Origin: an uncultured Lachnospiraceae bacterium
GTDB taxonomy: Bacteria > Bacillota > Clostridia > Lachnospirales > Lachnospiraceae
Direction of reading: 5' to 3'
Length of the DNA stretch: 64,000 nt
Assembly: GCA_947631665.1 (NCBI GenBank)
Contig: CANRMF010000002.1
Location: forward strand, 5,885 to 69,884
The position numbers and the translations under genes were made by a program. Within the stretch, counting starts at the first letter, position 1, and each line of letters starts with the position of its first letter. Under the pieces are notes generated by a model. The model was not told the origin of the DNA, did no database searches, and saw only the letters and a program-made list of their open reading frames with translations. Shown here one piece after another: positions 46,616 to 56,067 of the stretch.

Positions 46616-47158
46616 ATGTCACGTATAGGAAGAATGCCTATCGCTGTACCGGCAGGAGTTACTGTTGATATAGCAGAAAATAATAAGGTGACTGTCAAAG
46701 GGCCAAAGGGAACACTTGAGAGAGTTTTACCGGCGGACATGGACATTAAAAAAGACGGTGAGACCATTGTCGTATCCAGACCGAATGATTTAAAGAAAAA
46801 CAAAGCATTACATGGTCTTACAAGAACATTGATTAACAACATGATTATCGGCGTTACAAACGGATACGAAAAAGTGCTTGAGGTAAACGGTGTCGGTTAC
46901 AGAGCACAGAAACAGGGAAAGAAATTAGTCCTTTCATTGGGATATTCCCACCCGGTAGAGATGGAAGACCCGGAAGGTATTGAAACTGTTTTAGAAGGAC
47001 AGAATAAAATTACCGTTAAAGGGATTGATAAAGAAAAAGTGGGCCAGTACGCTGCAGAAATCAGAAGTAAGAGAGCGCCGGAGCCGTACAAGGGCAAAGG
47101 TATCAAATATGAATCTGAGGTTATCAGACGTAAGGTTGGTAAGACTGGTAAGAAATAA
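46616..47158 (+). CDS. rplF: 50S ribosomal protein L6
   Basis: [14 protein letters not shown]...VKGPKG. Confidence 0.98.
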   Translation: MSRIGRMPIAVPAGVTVDIAENNKVTVKGPKGTLERVLPADMDIKKDGETIVVSRPNDLKKNKALHGLTRTLINNMIIGVTNGYEKVLEVNGVGYRAQKQGKKLVLSLGYSHPVEMEDPEGIETVLEGQNKITVKGIDKEKVGQYAAEIRSKRAPEPYKGKGIKYESEVIRRKVGKTGKK

Positions 47159-47174
47159 TTAAAGGAGTGTAAAG

Positions 47175-47543
47175 ATGATTAGTAAGAAATCCAGAAGTGA
47201 AGTTCGTGTTAAGAAACATAACAGACTGCGTAATCATTTAAGCGGAACACCGGAATGTCCGCGTCTGGCAGTTTTTAGAAGCAATAATCATATGTATGCT
47301 CAGATTATTGACGATACAGTTGGAAAAACTCTTGTGGCAGCATCTACAAACGAAGCAGCCGCAAAGAAAGAGTTGGAAAAAACTAATAACGTTGATGCCG
47401 CAGCATATGTAGGTAAGCTGATTGCCGAAAGAGCAATCGAAAAGGGTATTAAGGAAGTTGTATATGACAGAGGCGGCTTCATTTACCAAGGTAAAGTACA
47501 GGCATTAGCAGATGCAGCTAGAGAAGCTGGTCTGGAATTTTAG
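47175..47543 (+). CDS. rplR: 50S ribosomal protein L18
   Basis: [18 protein letters not shown]...[26 protein letters not shown]. Confidence 0.98.
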   Translation: MISKKSRSEVRVKKHNRLRNHLSGTPECPRLAVFRSNNHMYAQIIDDTVGKTLVAASTNEAAAKKELEKTNNVDAAAYVGKLIAERAIEKGIKEVVYDRGGFIYQGKVQALADAAREAGLEF

Positions 47544-47560
47544 TTGAGGAGGTAACACAC

Positions 47561-48070
47561 ATGAAACGTGAGTTAATTGATGCAAGTCAGTTAGAATTAG
47601 AAGAAACAGTAGTGTCAATCAAACGTGTTACTAAAGTAGTAAAAGGTGGACGTAATATGCGTTTCGCGGCGTTAGTAGTCGTTGGTGACAAAAACGGACA
47701 CGTTGGTGCAGGTTTAGGAAAAGCGGCTGAAATTCCTGAAGCAATCCGTAAAGGTAAAGAAGATGCGGCAAAAAATCTGATTAGCGTTCCTATGGACGAA
47801 AATCACAGTATTCCATATGACATTATTGGAAAATTTGGCAGCGCGCAGGTGTTGTTAAAGAGAGCAAAAGAAGGTACGGGCGTTATCGCCGGCGGCCCTG
47901 CACGTAGCGTGGCAGAACTTGCAGGCATTACCAATATCCGTACAAAGTCTTTGGGTTCAAAAAATAAGCAGAACGTTGTTCTTGCTACTATTGAAGGATT
48001 AGCTGCATTAAAGACTCCGGAAGAAGTAGCATCACTTCGCGGTAAAACTGTTGAAGAGATTTTAGGCTAA
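47561..48070 (+). CDS. rpsE: 30S ribosomal protein S5
   Basis: [27 protein letters not shown]. Confidence 0.98.
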   Translation: MKRELIDASQLELEETVVSIKRVTKVVKGGRNMRFAALVVVGDKNGHVGAGLGKAAEIPEAIRKGKEDAAKNLISVPMDENHSIPYDIIGKFGSAQVLLKRAKEGTGVIAGGPARSVAELAGITNIRTKSLGSKNKQNVVLATIEGLAALKTPEEVASLRGKTVEEILG

Positions 48071-48085
48071 TAGGAGGAAATAAAG

Positions 48086-48268
48086 ATGGCAGATAAATTA
48101 AGAATTACTTTAGTTAAATCAACAATTGGAGCAGTTCCGAAGAATAGAAAGACCGCAGAAGCATTAGGACTTACGAAGCTGAATAAAACAGTTGAAATGC
48201 CTGACAATGCTGCTGTCAGAGGAATGATTCAGAGAGTTAGACATTTAGTTAAAGTGGAAGAAATTTAA
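48086..48268 (+). CDS. rpmD: 50S ribosomal protein L30
   Basis: LRITLVKSTIG...TAEALGL. 60 aa. Confidence 0.96.
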   Translation: MADKLRITLVKSTIGAVPKNRKTAEALGLTKLNKTVEMPDNAAVRGMIQRVRHLVKVEEI

Positions 48269-48294
48269 TCTAAATAAGACAAGGAGGTGCGACA

Positions 48295-48735
48295 ATGGAT
48301 TTATCAAATTTAAAGCCTGCGGAAGGCTCAAAGCATAGTGATAATTTCAGAAGAGGCCGGGGACATGGTTCAGGAAATGGCAAGACTGCCGGCAAGGGAC
48401 ACAAGGGACAGAAGGCGCGTTCCGGAAGTCCGAGACCGGGTTTTGAAGGTGGTCAGATGCCTTTATACAGAAGGATTCCAAAGAGAGGCTTCACGAACAT
48501 CAATACAAAGCATATTGTTGGGATTAACGTTACGGCATTGGAGAGATTTGACAATGATGCTGTTGTTACAGTAGAAACTCTGTTAGAAGCCGGCGTAATT
48601 AAAAATCCACGCGATGGAGTTAAGATTCTTGGTAATGGCGAACTGACAAAGAAGCTTACCGTAAAGGTAAATGCTTACAGTGAAGGCGCTAAGGCAAAAA
48701 TCGAAGCTGCAGGCGGAACTTGCGAGGTGATCTAA
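48295..48735 (+). CDS. rplO: 50S ribosomal protein L15
   Basis: [24 protein letters not shown]. Confidence 0.98.
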   Translation: MDLSNLKPAEGSKHSDNFRRGRGHGSGNGKTAGKGHKGQKARSGSPRPGFEGGQMPLYRRIPKRGFTNINTKHIVGINVTALERFDNDAVVTVETLLEAGVIKNPRDGVKILGNGELTKKLTVKVNAYSEGAKAKIEAAGGTCEVI

Positions 48736-50073
48736 ATGTTAGAAACCTTAAAGAAAGCATTAAAAGTAAAAGAAATCAGAAAAAGACTGTGGTATACCTT
48801 TTTCATGCTGATTGTAGTGCGGCTTGGTTGTCAGATTCCAATTCCGTTTATCAATCATGAAAACCTTCAGGCGGTTATGAGCGGATTTAGAGATGACTTC
48901 AGCTTCTTCTCCGCAATTACCGGTGGTTCTCTCGAAAATATGTCTATTTTTGCATTGAACATCACACCGTACATTACCGCGTCCATTATCATGCAGTTGT
49001 TGACGATTGCAATTCCGAAACTTGATGAACTGCAGAAAGATGGCGAAGAAGGCAGAAAGAAAATTGCTGAAATTACCCGTTATTTAACTGTTGGCCTTGC
49101 GATTATTGAAGCTACGGCAATGGTTATCGGGTTTGCAAATCAGGGAATTTTCACCACTGAATCCGGACTTGCATATGATGCGACAAACTGGAGAAAATGG
49201 GGTGTAATCCTGACGGGAATCATTGCGATGACCGCCGGTTCTGCCGTACTGATGTGGATTGGTGAGCAGATTACCGAAAAGGGTGTCGGAAACGGTATTT
49301 CTATCGTCCTGACAATCAACATTATCGCCGGTATGCCGGCTGATATCAGCGGTCTGTTTACGACCTATGTTATCGGTGGAGAAAGTTCCATCGGTATGAG
49401 ACTGGTAGCCGCGCTTGTGATTTTAACAGTACTGATAGGTATTGTGGTGCTTGTCGTAATTCTTCAGGGCGGCACAAGAAACATTGCAGTGCAGATGTCA
49501 CAGAAGGTACAGGGAAGACGTCAGATTGGTGGACAGCAGTCCAGTATTCCGTTAAAGGTCAATACGGCCGGCGTTATTCCGATTATCTTCGCATCATCAC
49601 TGATGCAGTTTCCGGTAGTAATTGCGTCATTCTTCGGCAAACAGCCGGAATGGGCAAACTATTTAAGCCAGTCACATTGGTGTAATCCGGCGCAGATGAA
49701 GTATTCTATCGGCTTCGTTGTATACCTGTTACTCATTATCTTCTTTGCTTATTTCTATACTTCAATTACATTTAATCCGAGAGAAGTAGCAAAGAATTTA
49801 AGTGACAGAGGCGGATTTATTCCGGGTATCAGAAGCGGTAAGCCGACAGTAGCTTATCTGACAGGCATTTTAAATTATATTATCTTTATTGGTGCGATTG
49901 GTCTGATTATCGTAGCGATTATCCCAATCCTTGCTTCCGGTCTTGCCGGCGCAAACGTAGGATTTGGCGGTACGTCTGTTATCATTATCGTAGGCGTTAT
50001 TTTAGAGACGCTGCAGACAATTAAATCTATGATTACAGAGCGGAATTACAGCACAGTCAGAGGTATCTTCTAA
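48736..50073 (+). CDS. secY: Preprotein translocase subunit SecY
   Basis: 445 aa 10-TM protein in the canonical position after rplO (ALNITPYITASIIMQLL, GNGISI). Confidence 0.98.
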   Translation: MLETLKKALKVKEIRKRLWYTFFMLIVVRLGCQIPIPFINHENLQAVMSGFRDDFSFFSAITGGSLENMSIFALNITPYITASIIMQLLTIAIPKLDELQKDGEEGRKKIAEITRYLTVGLAIIEATAMVIGFANQGIFTTESGLAYDATNWRKWGVILTGIIAMTAGSAVLMWIGEQITEKGVGNGISIVLTINIIAGMPADISGLFTTYVIGGESSIGMRLVAALVILTVLIGIVVLVVILQGGTRNIAVQMSQKVQGRRQIGGQQSSIPLKVNTAGVIPIIFASSLMQFPVVIASFFGKQPEWANYLSQSHWCNPAQMKYSIGFVVYLLLIIFFAYFYTSITFNPREVAKNLSDRGGFIPGIRSGKPTVAYLTGILNYIIFIGAIGLIIVAIIPILASGLAGANVGFGGTSVIIIVGVILETLQTIKSMITERNYSTVRGIF

Positions 50074-50247
50074 GCGGATACTTTATTGATGAAAATACAA
50101 TTTAGGGGACAGCCGGATGGTTGCCCCCTACAATGGTATTTAAGAATAATGAGTCTTTCGGGACTTTATGAGAAGATGGATTTGTTTTTATTAAAATCAG
50201 CGGGAAGTAAAAACCGGTGAATAAGAGAGATTTGTGAGGTTAATATT

Positions 50248-50892
50248 ATGAAAATAATTATGTTAGGCGCACCCGGCGCAGGAAAAGGCACACAGGCAAA
50301 AATGATTGCTGAAAAATACAGCATTCCACATATCTCAACAGGAGATATTTTCAGGGCAAACATTAAGAATGGCACAGAATTAGGAAAAAAAGCGAAAACT
50401 TACATGGACGCGGGAGATTTGGTTCCTGACGAACTGGTGGTTGATTTGGTTATTGATAGATTTAAAGAGGACGACTGCAAAAACGGTTATGTATTAGACG
50501 GTTTTCCTAGAACAATTCCACAGGCGGAAGCTCTGACCAAAGCGTTAGATGAAATTGGTGAGAAAATTGATTTTGCCATTGACGTGGACGTTCCTGATGA
50601 AAATATTGTAAACCGTATGGCAGGCAGGAGAGCGTGCGTAGGCTGCGGCGCAACATATCACATTAAGTACAGCCCGACAAAGGTAGAGGGCAAATGCGAT
50701 AAATGTGGAGAAGATTTGATTATCAGAGATGATGACAAGCCGGAAACCGTACTCAGCCGTCTGGAGGTTTACCACAAGCAGACACAGCCGCTCATTGATT
50801 ATTATACAGAGCAGGGCATCTTAAAGAGTGTTGACGGAACACAGGATATGAAAGATGTATTTCAGGCAATTGTAAATATTTTAGGTGAATAA
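50248..50892 (+). CDS. adk: Adenylate kinase (zinc-lid type)
   Basis: [17 protein letters not shown]. The lid carries CVGCG...CDKCG. Confidence 0.98.
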   Translation: MKIIMLGAPGAGKGTQAKMIAEKYSIPHISTGDIFRANIKNGTELGKKAKTYMDAGDLVPDELVVDLVIDRFKEDDCKNGYVLDGFPRTIPQAEALTKALDEIGEKIDFAIDVDVPDENIVNRMAGRRACVGCGATYHIKYSPTKVEGKCDKCGEDLIIRDDDKPETVLSRLEVYHKQTQPLIDYYTEQGILKSVDGTQDMKDVFQAIVNILGE

Positions 50893-50894
50893 AA

Positions 50895-51647
50895 ATGCCG
50901 GTAACGATTAAATCAAAAAGAGAGATAGAAATCATGCGGGAAGCAGGAAAAATTCTATCAGATGTATATGACGAATTGATGGAACGGATTGAACCGGAGA
51001 TGTCGACTTATGAGATTGACCGGATAGGCGAAGAACTGATCCGCAGGCATGGCTGTATTCCGGAATGTAAAGGCTATGAAGGATATCCGGCGGCGTTTTG
51101 TGTATCTGTCAATGATGTCGTGGTACATGGTATTCCTAGAAAAGATGTTATAGTTCAGGAAGGAGACATTGTCAGTCTGGATACAGTGCTTTCCCATAAC
51201 GGGTACATGGCAGATGCCGCGAGGACTGTTGCAGTCGGCAAAATCAGTAAAGAAGCGCAGCAGCTTCTTGATGTGACAAAGCAGTGCTTTTATGAAGGCA
51301 TCAAATTTGCAAAGCCGGGATATCATCTGAATGATATTTCCACTGCAATCGGAGCTTATGCGGAAAAGTTCGGTTACGGCGTCGTAAGGGATTTGGTCGG
51401 ACATGGTATCGGGCGGGAAATGCACGAGGATCCGCAGATTCCAAACTTTAAACAGAAACGGCGGGGAATCAAACTTCAGCCGGGCATGACTTTGTGTATT
51501 GAACCGATGATCAATGCGGGAGACTGGCGCGTTGCCTTTTTAGATGACGACTGGACAGTTGTTACAGACGACGGAACCCTGTCGGCGCATTATGAAAATA
51601 CAATCCTGATTACCGATGGCGAACCTGAAATATTAACCATAAAATAG
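50895..51647 (+). CDS. map: Type I methionine aminopeptidase
   Basis: [27 protein letters not shown], and synteny. Confidence 0.97.
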   Translation: MPVTIKSKREIEIMREAGKILSDVYDELMERIEPEMSTYEIDRIGEELIRRHGCIPECKGYEGYPAAFCVSVNDVVVHGIPRKDVIVQEGDIVSLDTVLSHNGYMADAARTVAVGKISKEAQQLLDVTKQCFYEGIKFAKPGYHLNDISTAIGAYAEKFGYGVVRDLVGHGIGREMHEDPQIPNFKQKRRGIKLQPGMTLCIEPMINAGDWRVAFLDDDWTVVTDDGTLSAHYENTILITDGEPEILTIK

Positions 51648-51658
51648 GAGGAAAGAAA

Positions 51659-51877
51659 TTGTCAAAAGCAGATGTAATTGAAATAGAGGGAACAGTAGTA
51701 GAAAAATTACCGAATGCAATGTTTCGGGTGGAATTAGAAAATGGTCATATCGTATTAGCGCATATCAGCGGAAAACTGCGAATGAACTATATCAAAATCC
51801 TGCCGGGAGATAAAGTAACAATCGAAATGTCCCCATACGACCTCTCCAAAGGAAGAATCATATGGCGTGATAAGTAA
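51659..51877 (+). CDS. infA: Translation initiation factor IF-1
   Basis: [54 protein letters not shown] start after GGAGG. Confidence 0.97.
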   Translation: MSKADVIEIEGTVVEKLPNAMFRVELENGHIVLAHISGKLRMNYIKILPGDKVTIEMSPYDLSKGRIIWRDK

Positions 51878-51886
51878 ACAACGCAT

Positions 51887-51948
51887 TTTGAATAAATCAG
51901 ACACGAAGATGAATGCTTGCATACAGATTCGTGTCTGATTTATTCAAA
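51887..51948. repeat. 21-bp perfect inverted repeat (hairpin) immediately after infA, followed by an 18-nt GC palindrome (51950-51967)
   Basis: TTTGAATAAATCAGACACGAA (51887-51907) pairs with TTCGTGTCTGATTTATTCAAA (51928-51948). GCGCTTGCGCGCAAGCGC is a perfect palindrome. Confidence 0.85.
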
Positions 51949-51968
51949 GGCGCTTGCGCGCAAGCGCA

Positions 51969-52185
51969 GCGAGAAGAAGCGAAGCGGATTCGAGCTGGCG
52001 TTGTTTACAGGCAGCGCCGTTGCGACAGCGTCGGGAAAGGAAGGCGAGAAGAAGCGAAGCGGATTCGAGCTGGCGTTGTTTACAGGCAGCGCCGTTGCGA
52101 CAGTGTCGGGAAAGGAAGGCGAGAAGAAGCGGAGCGGATTCGAGCTGGCGTTGTTTATAGGTGGCAGCGCCGAGCTGGCGTTGAA
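51969..52185. repeat. GC-rich 75-nt tandem repeat, ~2.7 copies
   Basis: Unit: GCGAGAAGAAGCGAAGCGGATTCGAGCTGGCGTTGTTTACAGGCAGCGCCGTTGCGACAGCGTCGGGAAAGGAAG. Copies start at 51969, 52044 and 52119. 45 of 75 nt are G/C. The third copy is truncated and diverged. Confidence 0.9.
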
Positions 52186-52270
52186 AAATTTTTCCATTTT
52201 TACTATTGCGCTGTTTACAAATTTGTGATAATATATTAGTCGGACTTTTTTGTGAAAGGAGGATTTTACT

Positions 52271-52384
52271 GTGAAAGTCAGATCATCAGTTAAACCGATT
52301 TGCGAAAAATGCAAAGTCATTAAAAGAAAAGGAATCGTAAGAGTTATCTGCGAAAATCCTAAGCACAAACAGCGTCAGGGCTAA
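52271..52384 (+). CDS. rpmJ: 50S ribosomal protein L36 (37 aa; below the ORF-track cut-off)
   Basis: The GTG start at 52271 follows AAAGGAGG. The hand translation is [37 protein letters not shown]. Confidence 0.95.
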   Translation: MKVRSSVKPICEKCKVIKRKGIVRVICENPKHKQRQG

Positions 52385-52401
52385 AATATCAGTTCGATGA
52401 A

Positions 52402-52435
52402 AGTGAATGATTTTAAGAATTATTCACTCTTTTGT
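52402..52435 (+). terminator. Terminator-like hairpin after rpmJ
   Basis: A 9-bp stem (one G-U) pairs AGTGAATGA (52402-52410) with TTATTCACT (52420-52428), followed by CTTTTGTG. Confidence 0.5.
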
Positions 52436-52744
52436 GCGCTTGTAGATGAAACATCTACAATCAAATTGCGGCTGCAGTGATACTGCCTGACGGCGGTGTT
52501 GCTTTAAAATATGCGCGGTTCTGCTATGACGCATACCGAAAGGTAAAAACCGCGATTGTGGGCGGATTGCCCGACTGGCAGGAGAGAATCCTGCATGATT
52601 GACAGGAAAATTGCTGAATCTCATCTTGTCAATCCGGAACTTTTCATAATGGATATATAGGTGCGTACTACATTTCAGACGCAGATATTCTGCGGGCTAC
52701 GTTACTGATATATTCATACAAATTAACTAATGGAGGTTATACAC

Positions 52745-53113
52745 ATGGCTCGTATTTCAGGTGTTGATTTACCAAGAGAAAAAAGAGTTGAAGTTGGCTT
52801 GACTTATATTTATGGTATTGGTCTTTCAAGCTCAAAGAGAATCTTAGCGGACGCCGGAGTAAATCCAGATACACGTTGTAAAGATTTAACGGACGACGAA
52901 GTTAAGAAAATCAGTGATGTAATCGATGCAAGTCAGATGGTTGAAGGTGATTTAAGGAGAGAAATCGCTTTGAACATCAAGAGATTACAGGAAATCGGTT
53001 GTTACAGAGGTATCCGTCACAGGAGAGGACTTCCGGTTCGAGGCCAGAATACAAAGAACAATGCCAGAACCCGTAAAGGTCCAAAGAGAACAGTAGCAAA
53101 TAAGAAAAAATAA
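52745..53113 (+). CDS. rpsM: 30S ribosomal protein S13
   Basis: [26 protein letters not shown]. The start is moved to ATG 52745, after TGGAGG. Confidence 0.97.
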   Translation: MARISGVDLPREKRVEVGLTYIYGIGLSSSKRILADAGVNPDTRCKDLTDDEVKKISDVIDASQMVEGDLRREIALNIKRLQEIGCYRGIRHRRGLPVRGQNTKNNARTRKGPKRTVANKKK

Positions 53114-53145
53114 GTAAAAACCCATAAGGGAGGTTAGTTTAGAAA

Positions 53146-53541
53146 ATGGCTAAAAAAGTTACAAAGAAAGTGACAAAAAGGCGTGTTAAGAAAAACGTTG
53201 AACACGGACAGGCACATATTCAGGCATCTTTTAACAATACAATTGTCACATTGACAGATGCAGAAGGAAACGCTTTATCATGGGCTAGTGCTGGCGGTCT
53301 GGGATTTAGAGGTTCAAAGAAATCTACTCCTTATGCAGCTCAGATGGCAGCAGAAACTGCTACAAATGCAGCTTTAGTACATGGTTTAAAATCAGTAGAT
53401 GTTATGGTTAAGGGGCCGGGATCAGGCAGAGAAGCAGCAATTCGTGCGCTTGCTACCTGTGGTCTTGAGGTTACCAGTATTAAGGACGTAACTCCGGTAC
53501 CACACAATGGGTGTCGCCCACCAAAACGTAGAAGAGTCTAA
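53146..53541 (+). CDS. rpsK: 30S ribosomal protein S11
   Basis: [20 protein letters not shown]...WASAG..GF.GS.KSTP.AAQ. Confidence 0.98.
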   Translation: MAKKVTKKVTKRRVKKNVEHGQAHIQASFNNTIVTLTDAEGNALSWASAGGLGFRGSKKSTPYAAQMAAETATNAALVHGLKSVDVMVKGPGSGREAAIRALATCGLEVTSIKDVTPVPHNGCRPPKRRRV

Positions 53542-53558
53542 TTTAGGAGGGAATAGAA

Positions 53559-54152
53559 ATGGCAGTAAATAGAGTTCCTGTTCTTAAAAGATGTAGATCG
53601 CTTGGATTGGATCCGGTATATTTAGGAATAGACAAAAAATCAAAAAGAAGTTTAAACAGATCTAACAGAAAAATGAGTGAATATGGTCTTCAGCTTAGAG
53701 AAAAGCAAAAGGCAAAATTCATTTACGGCGTGTTAGAAAAACCTTTTAGAAATTATTACAAAAAAGCACAGAAGCAGTCTGGTCAGACAGGTGAAAACCT
53801 TATGGTTATGCTGGAAACAAGACTTGACAATGTTGTTTTCCGTATGGGATTTGCCAGAACCAGAAAAGAAGCCAGACAGATTGTTGATCACAAGCACGTT
53901 TTAGTAAACGGCAAGCAGGTAAATATTCCTTCTTATTTAATCAAAGCAGGTGATGTGATTGAGATTAAAGAGGGTTGCAAGTCTTCACAGAGATATAAAG
54001 ACATTCTTGAAGTGACCGGTGGAAGAACAGTTCCTGCATGGGTTGAAGTTGATCAGGAAAATCTCAAGGGTGAAATCAAAGAACTTCCAAAGAGAGATGA
54101 AATTGATGTACCTGTTGATGAGATGCTTATTGTCGAATTATATTCTAAGTAA
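53559..54152 (+). CDS. rpsD: 30S ribosomal protein S4
   Basis: LEKPFRNYY...RLDNVVFRMGFARTRKEARQIVDHKHVLVNGK (S4 domain). Confidence 0.97.
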   Translation: MAVNRVPVLKRCRSLGLDPVYLGIDKKSKRSLNRSNRKMSEYGLQLREKQKAKFIYGVLEKPFRNYYKKAQKQSGQTGENLMVMLETRLDNVVFRMGFARTRKEARQIVDHKHVLVNGKQVNIPSYLIKAGDVIEIKEGCKSSQRYKDILEVTGGRTVPAWVEVDQENLKGEIKELPKRDEIDVPVDEMLIVELYSK

Positions 54153-54214
54153 AATCTTAGAGTTGTTTTCGGGGGTAGGCTTTAAGCAATTCCCAATAAA
54201 GGAGGGGCTAATTA

Positions 54215-55174
54215 GTGTTCGATTTTGAGAAACCAAATATTTTAGTAGAAAAATCAGATGATGGAAGATATGGAAGATTTGTCGTAGAACCTTTGGAAAG
54301 AGGTTATGGTACCACGCTTGGTAACGCACTGCGCCGGATTATGCTTTCATCATTACCGGGCTCCGCTGTTAGTCAGATTAAGATTGACGGAATTCTCCAT
54401 GAATTCAGTTCAGTTCCCGGCGTAAAAGAAGATGTGACGGAAATCGTCTTAAACATCAAACAGTTGGAGATTAGAAATAATAGTTCAAGTGACGAACCGA
54501 AAATCGCTCATATTGATGTATCCGGTGACTGCGTCGTTACGGCTGCCGACATTCAGGTAGATTCTGAAGTCGAAATTTTGAATCCGGATTTAGTAATTGC
54601 CACATTAAATGGCGGAGCTGACAGCAAGCTCAGCATGGAGCTGGTAATTACAAAGGGCAGAGGTTATGTGAGTTCAGAAAAGAACAAAAATGACAGCTTA
54701 CCAATCGGAGTTATTTCCATAGATTCTATCTACACACCGGTGGAAAGAGTAAATATGTCTGTGGAAAATACGCGTGTCGGTCAGGTGACGGACTTTGATA
54801 AGCTTACGTTAGATGTCTATACAAACGGTACATTGGGAACCGATGAGGCTGTAAGTCTGGCATCAAAAGTTCTGTGCGAACACTTAAAGTTATTTATCGA
54901 TTTATCAGAAACTTCAAAGGATATTGAAGTGATTGCAGAGCCGGTTGATGACGAAATTGATAAAGTGTTAGAGATGAACATAGATGAATTAGAATTATCA
55001 GTTCGCTCATATAATTGCTTGAAAAGAGCAGGTATCAATACAGTTGAGGAATTAGTAAACAAAACTCCGGAGGATATGATGAAGGTTCGTAATCTTGGTC
55101 GCAAATCTCTCGAAGAAGTATTGGCTAAATTAAAAGAACTCAACCTTGAATTGAAACAGAGTGACGAAAACTAA
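54215..55174 (+). CDS. rpoA: DNA-directed RNA polymerase subunit alpha
   Basis: [28 protein letters not shown]. The C-terminal domain carries [25 protein letters not shown] start after AAGGAGGGG. Confidence 0.98.
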   Translation: MFDFEKPNILVEKSDDGRYGRFVVEPLERGYGTTLGNALRRIMLSSLPGSAVSQIKIDGILHEFSSVPGVKEDVTEIVLNIKQLEIRNNSSSDEPKIAHIDVSGDCVVTAADIQVDSEVEILNPDLVIATLNGGADSKLSMELVITKGRGYVSSEKNKNDSLPIGVISIDSIYTPVERVNMSVENTRVGQVTDFDKLTLDVYTNGTLGTDEAVSLASKVLCEHLKLFIDLSETSKDIEVIAEPVDDEIDKVLEMNIDELELSVRSYNCLKRAGINTVEELVNKTPEDMMKVRNLGRKSLEEVLAKLKELNLELKQSDEN

Positions 55175-55284
55175 TCAACAGTGTTTGTTAGAAAAGGCGC
55201 CAAGAGCGGATATCTTTCTGAAACGGCGTCGACGTTTTGCCGCCGACGAACAGGAGGGGGCGTTACAAAACAGGAGGTAAAAAA

Positions 55285-55812
55285 ATGGCAGGTTATAGAA
55301 AACTTGGAAGAACTTCAAGTCAAAGAAAAGCTTTAATCAGAGGTCAGGTAACAAGTCTTTTAAATAACGGAAAAATTGTCACTACCGAAGCGAGAGCAAA
55401 GGAAGTCAGCAAAGTTGCTGAAGGCCTGATTGCATTGGCAGTAAAGGAAAAAGATAATTTTGACGAAGTGGAAGTAACTGCAAAAGTTGCCCGCAAAGAC
55501 AAAGATGGCAAGAGGGTAAAAGAAGTCAAAGACGGCAAGAAAGTTGCGGTATTTGATGAAGTGAAGAAGACAATCAAAAAAGATCAGCCTTCCCGTCTTC
55601 ATGCCAGACGTCAGATGAACAAAGTTCTTTATTCCGTAACAGCAAATGCTACCGGGAAGAAAAAGGACGCAAAAAAAGTTGATTTGGCGAACAAGTTATT
55701 TGATGAAATTGCTCCAAAGTATGCAGACCGTAAAGGCGGTTATACAAGAATCGTAAAGATTGGCCAGCGTAAAGGCGATGCTGCAATGGAAGTATTATTA
55801 GAATTAGTATAG
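55285..55812 (+). CDS. rplQ: 50S ribosomal protein L17
   Basis: [25 protein letters not shown]...GGYTRIVK. The start is moved to ATG 55285, after CAGGAGG. Confidence 0.96.
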   Translation: MAGYRKLGRTSSQRKALIRGQVTSLLNNGKIVTTEARAKEVSKVAEGLIALAVKEKDNFDEVEVTAKVARKDKDGKRVKEVKDGKKVAVFDEVKKTIKKDQPSRLHARRQMNKVLYSVTANATGKKKDAKKVDLANKLFDEIAPKYADRKGGYTRIVKIGQRKGDAAMEVLLELV

Positions 55813-55842
55813 ACGCGAAGACAATGAGTCCGAGCGACTTAG

Positions 55843-55903
55843 AAAAATAAAAATCGACAGGGAAATATGCGTGCATAATATGACCTGTCGATTTTTATTT
55901 TTC
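55843..55903. terminator. Strong terminator of the alpha operon (19-bp stem)
   Basis: AAAAATAAAAATCGACAGG (55843-55861) pairs with CCTGTCGATTTTTATTTTT (55884-55902). Confidence 0.85.
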
Positions 55904-55907
55904 AGCG

Positions 55908-56033
55908 GTCATTCGGGGAATGACCGCGCGCAGATTGACCGGAGGTCAAGCTGCTAAGTCGCGTAAAGGAACAATTCAGAAAGAAAAGGAAGTCATTCGG
56001 GGAATGACCGCGCGCAGATTGACCGGAGGTCAA
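55908..56033 (+). repeat. Two direct copies of a 42-nt double-hairpin motif, 84-nt period, upstream of the GT2 gene
   Basis: GTCATTCGGGGAATGACCGCGCGCAGATTGACCGGAGGTCAA occurs at 55908-55949 and 55992-56033, identical. Each copy holds the GTCATT/AATGAC and TTGACC/GGTCAA hairpins. Confidence 0.85.
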
Positions 56034-56067
56034 ACTGCGACGAACCACAAAAGAGAGGAAATAAAAG

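Noticed and set aside
50103-50131. Hairpin TAGGGGACAGCC...GGTTGCCCCCTA after secY as a terminator
   Set aside because: It is an imperfect stem with no following T-run, and adk, map and infA normally continue the same operon. At most it is an RNA-stability element, and evidence is insufficient to call it.
51913-52368. Four overlapping 68-142-aa ORFs in the infA-rpmJ spacer
   Set aside because: They arise because the tandem repeat unit is 75 nt, a multiple of 3, so every frame stays open. The minus-strand one also overlaps rpmJ. None has an RBS or protein-like features.
40880-55876. Many 60-155-aa antisense or out-of-frame ORFs inside ribosomal protein, secY, adk, map and rpoA genes
   Set aside because: All lie within strongly supported conserved genes. 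They have no RBS, and the operon is densely packed with canonical genes.
55904-56067. c-di-GMP or other known riboswitch ahead of the GT2 gene
   Set aside because: I could not recognise any consensus core (for example GEMM-I/II) in the sequence. It is kept only as an unassigned duplicated motif in the findings.
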